Source of the DNA: Minisyncoccota bacterium
GTDB lineage: Bacteria > Patescibacteriota > Minisyncoccia > Phycocordibacterales > UBA9973
Direction: 5' to 3'
Assembly: GCA_041663185.1 (NCBI GenBank)
Contig: JBAZQY010000001.1
Coordinates: forward strand, 233,087-297,086
DNA: 64,000 nt
Under the pieces are notes generated by a model. It made no database searches. It saw only the letters and a program-made list of their open reading frames with translations, and was not told the origin of the DNA. How positions within the stretch are numbered: the first letter of the stretch is position 1; every line of letters starts with the position of its first letter. Below, in pieces: positions 56,966 through 64,000 of this stretch. Position numbers and translations under genes: made by a program.

Positions 56966-57655
56966 ATGACAGATGTAAACCGCTTGTTGTTCTGCGATGC
57001 TCGTGGACCAATGAACCAGATCAACGATGTTTTAGCTGGAAAAAATGGAAAACTCTGGTTAAAAGGAATTAACTCTTATTTGAGGCAGGGAGCAATAAAA
57101 GCTTTTGGTTGGGAAACCTATGGAGCTTTTGATTTAAGGTTCTTTGAATCACCCGATGTTTTAATGGCCGCTATTAAATTTAAATTAAAGCCGCGGGATG
57201 TTTTTTGGGGTAATGAGCATGACATTGAAGTGCTCATAAACCAAATTAACTATCCAGTTCTACAAGAATCGGGGGTAGAATTTGTTTCTTTAAAGATAGA
57301 GGAGTTGGGCTTTGAAAAAGGAGCTCGCCTATCTGAGATTGAAGATTGTCTTCCAGGACTAGGATTAGAAATATGCCGACAATCTGATGCTCCTGGTTTA
57401 TTCCTAACCGATAAAGATTCCCTTGATAAAATTAGAAAAATAGAAAGAGGGGTATTTATTAGTAAACCATTTTTTCTACATTTAAGAGGAAAAAATGATC
57501 CCGAGAGGCCAATTTTGTTTGAATTGACTTTTAGTAATGTTGTAGAGGTTGGGCTCCATAGTTTTTGGAGTGAAGCCACCGAAGGAGTTGAAGAAAAATA
57601 TCCATCAGATATATTTTTTACTTCATCGCAAAAGATTGTATTACGTATTAAATAG
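56966..57655 (+). CDS. hypothetical protein
   Basis: 229-aa ORF; preceded by a 15-bp IR hairpin tagtcatagtcaaaa/ttttgactatgacta. Confidence 0.45.
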   Translation: MTDVNRLLFCDARGPMNQINDVLAGKNGKLWLKGINSYLRQGAIKAFGWETYGAFDLRFFESPDVLMAAIKFKLKPRDVFWGNEHDIEVLINQINYPVLQESGVEFVSLKIEELGFEKGARLSEIEDCLPGLGLEICRQSDAPGLFLTDKDSLDKIRKIERGVFISKPFFLHLRGKNDPERPILFELTFSNVVEVGLHSFWSEATEGVEEKYPSDIFFTSSQKIVLRIK

Positions 57656-57752
57656 TGGAAAATAAGGGAGGGTTGTTTAAAAAACATCACTCCCTTTTTT
57701 AATTCTTTTTAAATTTCTAAAATAATAATGATTTTTATAGTATAATCATATT

Positions 57753-58325
57753 ATGCTTAATATTTTACTTTATGTGCTTGAGGTTTTTTTGATAGTTGTC
57801 TTTTTGGGGATTGTTGTTTTATTTGTATTTTGGTCAATTGGGAATTTTAGAAATAAAGTTCCATTCGTCACAGCGTCAAATGCTGTTTTGAAAGATATTG
57901 CAAAAGCACTTATGATTACAGATGACAGTGTAGTATATGATTTAGGGTGTGGAGATGGAAGAGTTTTGGTTTATCTTTCTCGTTTGAATCCAAAAGCAAA
58001 ATATATTGGAATTGAAAACAATATTTTACCACTTTTATTATCTAGGATTGAGTCATTTTGGTCTAATAAAAAAACGGGGAATAAAATTGAAATCATTAAT
58101 GGTGATTTTTTTAAGCAAGATTTATCCAAAGCCACTCATATTTTTACCTATCTATATCCAAATATAATGGATGAATTGCTTTCAAAATTTGAAAAGGAAC
58201 TCAAGCCCGGAACCAAATTAGTCTCACTGTCTTTTAAATTTTCAGGCAAAAATTATAGTAATGAGGTTGACCTTATGAGAAGTAAATATAAACTTGGGCG
58301 TAAGTTGTATGTTTATCAATTTTAA
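57753..58325 (+). CDS. class I SAM-dependent methyltransferase with N-terminal TM
   Basis: motif I VYDLGCGDGRVL. Confidence 0.65.
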   Translation: MLNILLYVLEVFLIVVFLGIVVLFVFWSIGNFRNKVPFVTASNAVLKDIAKALMITDDSVVYDLGCGDGRVLVYLSRLNPKAKYIGIENNILPLLLSRIESFWSNKKTGNKIEIINGDFFKQDLSKATHIFTYLYPNIMDELLSKFEKELKPGTKLVSLSFKFSGKNYSNEVDLMRSKYKLGRKLYVYQF

Positions 58326-58349
58326 AATGAAATGGTATAATTAAACTAT

Positions 58350-60314
58350 ATGACAACTTCTGAATTAATTTCTTATATTAAAAAGCAAATCGCCAATCAT
58401 ATATCTAAAGATGTTATTATTGCTAAGCTTTTAGATGCCGGCTGGTACATGAATGATATTAATGAAGGTTTTTTGAAAGTTGAATCAGAACTCCATCCGA
58501 TAGATATACCAAAACCAGAAGTAAAAGTTGAACAACCCCAAAGAGAAGCACCGCGAGTCTGGGTTCCTCATAATTTACCCATACTAGAAAAGTCGCAGAC
58601 GATGGTTGTGGAAGAACAAGAATTGGAATTGCCAGCCAAAAAAGAAGAGAAGAAAGAAGAAAAAAGGGAAGAGCTTATTCCTACCCTAATGCCAAAAGTG
58701 ACGATTAATTCTTTTGGTTCAGTCAATAGAGAAAATTTTGGTAAAAAAGAAGAACCAATTGTTCCTATTGAGCCAACCAAAAATTATTCAATCAAAGATT
58801 TACCAAAAGTTGCTATGCTCTCTTCCTATAAGCAAGATTTATTGTCTGTAAATCAGATAAAAGAAGAAAGCCCCAAAAAAGTAAATAGTAAAATGATCAA
58901 ATGGCTTGTAATTGCTCTAATTGTGATAGGAGTTCTTGGAGGGGCGGTTTGGGCTTTTGAAAAAGGATACATTAATATTAAAGATTTTAATTTTTCTCTT
59001 ATTAAAAAAGATCCCAAGGTTTTAATCTTGAATAATTCAAAAGTTTTGTCTTCTTTAACTTCATATAAAACAGAAACCAACATCGAAATATCTTTTCCAT
59101 CTGTCGTCGACATTAGTGCGGGTTTAATTAGTGGCGAGGCAGTTCCTCAAACTGATAATGATTCTATTTCTGTTAATACACTTGGTATTATCGATCAGAG
59201 TGACGGCAATTTTTTGTCCGATAATTTCATTACAGTCAAGAGTTCGCTTTTGCAAAATTATATAACGACTGGTGTAAAAAGTAATGGATCTGATTTATTT
59301 ATTTCAGTTCCTGATCTTAGCCAAATTATTGGTGAAGATGCACCTAAATCTTCAATTGTTAAAATAGATGAACAGCAATTTAATTTAATCCCTCCTCTTT
59401 TTTCACAAGACGTTGAATTACAACTGAAGAAGCTGAATCTTTATAAAATTTTATCGACAGGAGTACCATCTTATATTAATGATAAAACTCTTAGCTCTTA
59501 CGATGAATTGATAAAGAATGTAGAAATCATAGAAAAAGGACAAGAAAAAATAAAAGACATTGATACGTATCATTATTCCATAAATACTGATAAGGATTCA
59601 GCCCGCAATCTTTTAATTGAGATTGCTGATAATTTTACTTCTAATCTTTCAGAGGAAGATAAAAATAAATTAACTCAAATTTTTGGATCGGTGATGATTA
59701 ATTCATTTGATGTTTGGATTGGCAAAGGCGACAATAATGTCTATCAATATCATATAATTCTCGAAGTTCCTCTATCAAAGATTCTTGGTTTTGATGATGA
59801 AAGTATTGGTGATAACAAAGTTGCTCTTGATTGGCAGACGACATATTATGATTTCAATATCCCGAATAATATATTTATGCCCGAGGATTCTATTCCAATA
59901 GTCGATTTTGTAAATACTGTAAATAAAAATAAACTCAAAAATGATGTTTTGTCTTTCTCTGGATTTGCAAGGAGTCTATTTAATGCGGAAGGTTCATATG
60001 GTAAAAAAGCAAACACAAAGGGTAGTTGTATGAGCCCAGTTTCGGGTTCACTTTTTTCACCGACTGGTCACCCTAAAGGAGCGGTTAGCTCGGTCAGTTC
60101 TCTTTCGGAGTTATTGAATCAAATATTATCTATCACAGAAGGAGTAGGAACCTGTTATTCTACAACTAAAGCTTGGTCATTTACTATTCCAATTTCTGAT
60201 AATTATGATATTACTTCTATTCCGACCCCAACTTATGAATCTTTCTTTTGTGTAGATAGTACTGGGGCAACAAAAGATCTTGTCACTCCTCCAACTGGAG
60301 TCATTTGTGAGTAA
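58350..60314 (+). CDS. hypothetical membrane-anchored protein (654 aa)
   Basis: single TM near residue 185 (LVIALIVIGVLGGAVWAF); no recognisable motif. Confidence 0.5.
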   Translation: MTTSELISYIKKQIANHISKDVIIAKLLDAGWYMNDINEGFLKVESELHPIDIPKPEVKVEQPQREAPRVWVPHNLPILEKSQTMVVEEQELELPAKKEEKKEEKREELIPTLMPKVTINSFGSVNRENFGKKEEPIVPIEPTKNYSIKDLPKVAMLSSYKQDLLSVNQIKEESPKKVNSKMIKWLVIALIVIGVLGGAVWAFEKGYINIKDFNFSLIKKDPKVLILNNSKVLSSLTSYKTETNIEISFPSVVDISAGLISGEAVPQTDNDSISVNTLGIIDQSDGNFLSDNFITVKSSLLQNYITTGVKSNGSDLFISVPDLSQIIGEDAPKSSIVKIDEQQFNLIPPLFSQDVELQLKKLNLYKILSTGVPSYINDKTLSSYDELIKNVEIIEKGQEKIKDIDTYHYSINTDKDSARNLLIEIADNFTSNLSEEDKNKLTQIFGSVMINSFDVWIGKGDNNVYQYHIILEVPLSKILGFDDESIGDNKVALDWQTTYYDFNIPNNIFMPEDSIPIVDFVNTVNKNKLKNDVLSFSGFARSLFNAEGSYGKKANTKGSCMSPVSGSLFSPTGHPKGAVSSVSSLSELLNQILSITEGVGTCYSTTKAWSFTIPISDNYDITSIPTPTYESFFCVDSTGATKDLVTPPTGVICE

Positions 60315-60399
60315 AATTAATTTTTTACGAAGCCCTAGATTTATAGGTATTTTTTTGGTATAAAGATGTAGTCACTCTAAATTTCAATAGAGTAATTAT

Positions 60400-60453
60400 G
60401 GTGCCTATAGTGTAATGGTTAGCACTAGAGTTTGTGGAACTCTTCAGAAGGCG
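60400..60453 (+). pseudogene. truncated tRNA-His-like 5' fragment (G-1, acceptor, D-arm, anticodon arm GUG; no T-arm or 3' acceptor)
   Basis: gGGTGCCTATAGTGTAATGGTTAGCACTAGAGTTTGTGGAACTCT then no complementary T-stem/acceptor 3' strand. Confidence 0.5.
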
Positions 60454-60493
60454 TACATTTTACATATAGCAAATTATTTGATAAAATGACAAT

Positions 60494-60988
60494 ATGCCAA
60501 TTGTTTCGTGTAAAATATGTTCAAAGAAGTTTTACGGAAAACCTTTTTTCTTAGAAAGAGGGCATGCAAAATATTGTTCGCAAGAATGTATGAGAATTGG
60601 AAGTCGAACTGGTAAAATAGTAAAATGTCATTTGTGTGATAAAGAAGTGTATAAAACAAAGAAAGCTTTACGTGTTTCAAAAAGTAAAACTTATTTTTGT
60701 ACAAAATCTTGTCAGACAAAATGGCGCAATTCTATTTTTATTGGGTCCAAACACTCAAATTATAAGAACGGTTTATATTCTTATAGAAGTGTACTCTCTA
60801 GGCATAAAATTCCAAAGGTTTGTAAACTATGTAAAACCAATGATGTAAGATTGTTAGCTGTACATCACATTGACCATGTTAGAAATAATAATTCTGTTTC
60901 CAATTTAGCGTGGTTGTGTCACAATTGTCATTTTCTCGTTCATCACGATAAGGATGTAGAGAAAAAATTTATGGAGGTATTAGTGTAG
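60494..60988 (+). CDS. HNH homing endonuclease
   Basis: HHIDHVRNNNSVSNLAWLCHNCHFLVHH plus N-terminal Cys-rich zinc-binding region; 3' end overlaps the tRNA-His by 16 nt. Confidence 0.85.
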   Translation: MPIVSCKICSKKFYGKPFFLERGHAKYCSQECMRIGSRTGKIVKCHLCDKEVYKTKKALRVSKSKTYFCTKSCQTKWRNSIFIGSKHSNYKNGLYSYRSVLSRHKIPKVCKLCKTNDVRLLAVHHIDHVRNNNSVSNLAWLCHNCHFLVHHDKDVEKKFMEVLV

Positions 60989-61044
60989 TAGTAACACAGC
61001 TCTCTGTGGAAGAGCTATCATGAGTGCAAATCTCATATACCTCC
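60973..61044 (+). tRNA. tRNA-His (anticodon GUG) with G-1:C73
   Basis: G-1, acceptor GAGGTAT/ATACCTC, D-arm GTGTAGTAGTAACAC, anticodon stem GCTCT/AGAGC loop CTGTGGA, T-arm ATGAGTGCAAATCTCAT, discriminator C. Confidence 0.8.
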
Positions 61045-61100
61045 CAAGATTACCCAAAAAACAAATAAGGATTAAAAAGCGTACTCGCCTTGTAAATATA

Positions 61101-61139
61101 AAACTAAAAAGACACACCTTGGTGTGTCTTTTTAGTTTT
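61101..61139. terminator. bidirectional terminator
   Basis: aaactaaaaagacacaccttggtgtgtctttttagtttt. Confidence 0.75.
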
Positions 61140-61143
61140 ATAT

Positions 61144-61368
61144 TTAGTTTCTCCTACCTTCTGATAATTCTTTCTTAGTATCTTCATCTGGTGTTTCTTT
61201 CATTATTCCACCACCATATTCAACAAATTCTGGTGTTTTTGCGTTAGCAACAGATAGGGCCTCATCTCTTATTTCTTTCCACTCTTTTTTTGTTAAACCG
61301 TGGTTGTTTCTATTATATAGATATTCTTCTTCTTGGGTGAGTGTGGGTTCGCTGTTTAATTTTTCCAT
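61144..61368 (-). CDS. small hypothetical protein
   Basis: 74-aa ORF with the terminator downstream. Confidence 0.4.
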   Translation of the reverse strand: MEKLNSEPTLTQEEEYLYNRNNHGLTKKEWKEIRDEALSVANAKTPEFVEYGGGIMKETPDEDTKKELSEGRRN

Positions 61369-61436
61369 TTTTGATATTTGACTTATTACTTATAATGATG
61401 TATTATATACCAGGATGTTATAAAAGTCAATAGATA

Positions 61437-61907
61437 ATGGAAACACAGAACTTTTTCTTTATTGATAGAGATATCGATGAAGGTTTGTTTAATGATTTCA
61501 GCGCGTTTTTAATAAAAGCTGAAAATAATTATTCTGTAGTGCATCTTTTATTTAATTCTACAGGAGGTAAAATGCTTTTTGCTGCCAAAATCATAAAATT
61601 AATGATTAAAAGCGGTATTGAGTTTCAGGGAATAGCCATTGGAAAAGTTAGTTCGGCCACAATCCCGATATTTTTAGCTACTAGTAATAGGCGTGGTGTT
61701 GTTCAATCCTCTGCCTTGATTCATAGAGCTTCAAAAGAAAATGAGGATTTCTCGATTGAAGAAATAGCAATTATGGAGAGGCAATTTCTCGAATATATTG
61801 CTCAGAAGCTTGAATTGCTCATAGATGAGGTCTATGAAATGGCAGATGCAAAAACTGTCATTACAATAGATCATCCACTTGGGAAAAAATTCTTTACAGG
61901 AAATTAA
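61437..61907 (+). CDS. ClpP/crotonase-fold protease-like protein
   Basis: NSTGGKMLFAAKIIKLM ... GKVSSATIPIF resembles ClpP INSPGG ... G.AAS.G. Confidence 0.45.
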   Translation: METQNFFFIDRDIDEGLFNDFSAFLIKAENNYSVVHLLFNSTGGKMLFAAKIIKLMIKSGIEFQGIAIGKVSSATIPIFLATSNRRGVVQSSALIHRASKENEDFSIEEIAIMERQFLEYIAQKLELLIDEVYEMADAKTVITIDHPLGKKFFTGN

Positions 61908-62016
61908 TGGCCTTTATATCTTTATATGAAGGCCATTTTGCATTTCTGTTCTAGTGACCTATAAACTGGTATAATAAAAGTATTGATTATTTAATTATTT
62001 ATAATTTATAATATAT

Positions 62017-62418
62017 ATGTTAAAAGGCTTTAAACAATTTATTTTACGTGGAAATGTTGTCGATTTGGCAGTTGGTGTTGTCATTGGGGCCTCTTTTGGA
62101 ACAGTGGTTTCTTCACTGGTTAAAGATATTCTCACTCCTTTTATAAGTGTGATTTTTAAGTCACCCGACTTTTCAGGATTAGCTTTTACGATAAAAGAAA
62201 CAAATTTCATGTATGGGAATTTTTTGAATGCGCTTATCGCTTTTCTTATAGTTTCAGTAGCGGTTTATTTTTTTGTCGTCACTCCGATTAATACTTTAAT
62301 AGCTAAATCTCGTAAAGAAAAACCTCTAGATGAAACAACAAAAAAATGCACCGAATGTCTAAGTGAAATACCAATTGAAGCCAAACGATGCGCACACTGC
62401 ACTTCTGTTTTAAAATAG
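62017..62418 (+). CDS. mscL: large-conductance mechanosensitive channel MscL with C-terminal CxxC...CxxC extension
   Basis: FILRGNVVDLAVGVVIGASFG; C-terminus CTECLSEIPIEAKRCAHC. Confidence 0.85.
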   Translation: MLKGFKQFILRGNVVDLAVGVVIGASFGTVVSSLVKDILTPFISVIFKSPDFSGLAFTIKETNFMYGNFLNALIAFLIVSVAVYFFVVTPINTLIAKSRKEKPLDETTKKCTECLSEIPIEAKRCAHCTSVLK

Positions 62419-62434
62419 TTTTTTAATATAATTT

Positions 62435-62944
62435 ATGAAAAAGAAAAAAGAAATAAGACCAAAATCTAAAATCCCAAAAGTAGTTATGGTAAGCGGGGGT
62501 TTTGACCCGATTCATATCGGACATATTCGTTACATACAAGAAGCTAAAAAACTTGGAGACAAATTAATTGTTGTTTTAAATAATGACAATTGGCTTCAAG
62601 CAAAAAAGGGAAAAGAATTTATGCCGGAAGAAGAAAGGAAGGAAATCGTAGAAGCGATCGTCGGAGTGGATGAAGTAATAATTTCTAGTCATCCTAAAAA
62701 TCCAAAAGATATGAGTGTTGCCAAAGAACTCGCTAGAATTCGGCCTCATATATTTGCAAATGGTGGAGATAGAAATGAAAAAGATTCCAAAAATCCAAAA
62801 TCTTCTTTATATAAAGAAAGAAAAATACATAAAAAATATGGTATTAAAATGGCTTATAACGTTGGTCGTGGAGGAAAAATTCGAAGCTCGTCTGATTTAT
62901 TAGAATCTTATGTAAAAAATCTTCGAAAAAAGAAACATGGATAA
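62435..62944 (+). CDS. cytidylyltransferase-like nucleotidyltransferase (HxGH family)
   Basis: GGFDPIHIGHIRYI. Confidence 0.65.
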   Translation: MKKKKEIRPKSKIPKVVMVSGGFDPIHIGHIRYIQEAKKLGDKLIVVLNNDNWLQAKKGKEFMPEEERKEIVEAIVGVDEVIISSHPKNPKDMSVAKELARIRPHIFANGGDRNEKDSKNPKSSLYKERKIHKKYGIKMAYNVGRGGKIRSSSDLLESYVKNLRKKKHG

Positions 62945-63587
62945 ATATAAATTTACTATTCCTAAATCTATTGTTATTTTAATAATTTTAGTCACGGTGT
63001 TGAGTATATTACGCATTGTTCTTTTTAATAAATTTTCTCAGGTTTATCTTTTTTGGAATATATTTTTGGCAATCATTCCTTTTTGTATCAGCTCTATTCT
63101 TCTATGGTGGGCCCGGAATCATAAATTAAAAAAATATTTGTTTTTCATTGGCGGTATTCTTTGGTTGCTTTTCATCCCCAATGCTCCATATATAATAACT
63201 GACCTAATTCATATTGGCGAAGTTCGAGCTGTTCCGGCACTCTATGATTCTTTTTTGATTTTTAATTCTGCTTGGGTTGGTCTTCTTTTTGGGTTACATT
63301 CAATTTATCACATGGAACAAATTCTTCGAGAGAAATATTCAGCGAGAGTTACTTTTGCTATTCTCACCATTACGATGCTTTTTATTAGCTTTGGAATTTA
63401 TTTGGGACGATTTTTGCGATTTAATAGTTGGGATATTTTTGAAAAACCATTATCTTTTATTAATGGAATTGGGGAAATTTTTTCAAATAAAACTGATTCT
63501 ATTGAAGCATTTCTATATACAGGGCTGTTTCTCTTTTTTATCATAATGTCTTATAATTCATGGAGAGCGACACAAATCAAATTATGA
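62937..63587 (+). CDS. polytopic membrane protein (hypothetical)
   Basis: 6-7 TM helices. Confidence 0.5.
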   Translation: MDKYKFTIPKSIVILIILVTVLSILRIVLFNKFSQVYLFWNIFLAIIPFCISSILLWWARNHKLKKYLFFIGGILWLLFIPNAPYIITDLIHIGEVRAVPALYDSFLIFNSAWVGLLFGLHSIYHMEQILREKYSARVTFAILTITMLFISFGIYLGRFLRFNSWDIFEKPLSFINGIGEIFSNKTDSIEAFLYTGLFLFFIIMSYNSWRATQIKL

Positions 63588-64000
63588 ATTTAACTAAAAA
63601 AATTGTAGTTTTTGATCTTGATGGAACATTGGCTGAGAGTAAGCGTCCAATCACCGAAGAGATAGCTCATCTTGTTGAGGAACTTATTAAAGAAAAATTA
63701 GTGGTTATTATTAGTGGGGGAAGTTTTGATCAATTTGGTAAGCAATTTCTTCCCGCTTTTCATAAAGAGGATCTAAAATCTCCGTTTATTAAAAATTTAA
63801 TCTTGTTGCCTACAAGTGGTAGTCAAAGATATGAATATGATGGAGAGACAAAAGAATGGAAATTAACAGACCTGGAAATATTTTCAGAGGATGTAAAAGC
63901 AAAAGCTAAAAAAATTTTAACGGAAATGATTAATTCAGGATTATATGATATACCCAAAAATCCAATCGGTGAATATGTTGAAGATCGTATAACCCAACTT
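63585..64000 (+). CDS. HAD-superfamily hydrolase (3' partial, runs off the window)
   Basis: VVFDLDGTLAES motif I; no stop before position 64000. Confidence 0.6.

Noticed and set aside
60400-61044. Reading the tRNA-His fragment + HNH + tRNA-His as a single intron-containing tRNA
   Set aside because: The downstream tRNA-His is complete on its own, with its own G-1, acceptor and D-arm. Its acceptor sequence differs from that of the upstream fragment, so the two cannot be exons of one gene.
1-64000. Possibility of an alternative genetic code (UGA recoded, as in some CPR lineages)
   Set aside because: Conserved genes (dnaA, polA, copA, ruvB, PBP1A) give full-length products with standard stops, and ORF ends coincide with expected protein C-termini.
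1-64000. CRISPR arrays, rRNA genes, prophage structural modules
   Set aside because: There are no short regularly spaced direct repeats, no rRNA-like sequence, and no capsid, terminase or portal signatures. The repeats present are palindromic hairpins and GC islands.

Overview
This is a low-GC (about 30-35%) bacterial chromosomal segment with small, tightly packed genes. It looks like a Patescibacteria/CPR-type genome, but that attribution is inference only. The core content is as follows. (a) The canonical replication-origin neighbourhood: rpmH-rnpA-yidD-yidC-jag on the minus strand, divergent from dnaA-dnaN, with an AT-rich spacer carrying DnaA-box-like motifs. (b) Housekeeping genes: PBP1A, tyrS, ruvA/ruvB/ruvC/ruvX, polA, fpg, rpsT, rplS, tsaE, rluD-like, mscL and two SDRs. 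(c) Type IV pilus parts: pilB, a pilM-pilN fusion and a pilO-like gene. (d) A csoR-copA copper operon with an explicit operator palindrome overlapping its promoter. (e) Seven tRNA genes (Lys, Arg-GCG, Ser, Val, Arg-TCT, Leu, His) plus tRNA fragments. The accessory content is as follows. (1) A T4SS/conjugation-like module at 0-9.6 kb (PrgI-family protein, VirB4 split into two ORFs, an SLT-domain membrane protein, a PG-binding membrane protein). It is interrupted by GTAGTA/CTACTA-rich palindromic hairpin elements, one of which carries an Avd/IVS-family four-helix-bundle ORF. (2) A complete diversity-generating retroelement at 53.0-55.5 kb: a GC-rich target gene with a C-terminal VR, a non-coding TR with 21 of 21 mismatches at TR adenines, an Avd-like gene on the opposite strand, a DGR-type RT with an LGxxxSQ motif, and a G10 homopolymer in the avd/RT divergent region. 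(3) Two homing-endonuclease genes (LAGLIDADG and HNH), each abutting the 5' end of an intact tRNA gene (Leu, His) with a truncated tRNA copy upstream of the endonuclease gene. (4) Dispersed GC-rich palindromic mini-elements, including apparent in-frame insertions in polA and fpg. No rRNA genes or CRISPR arrays are present.
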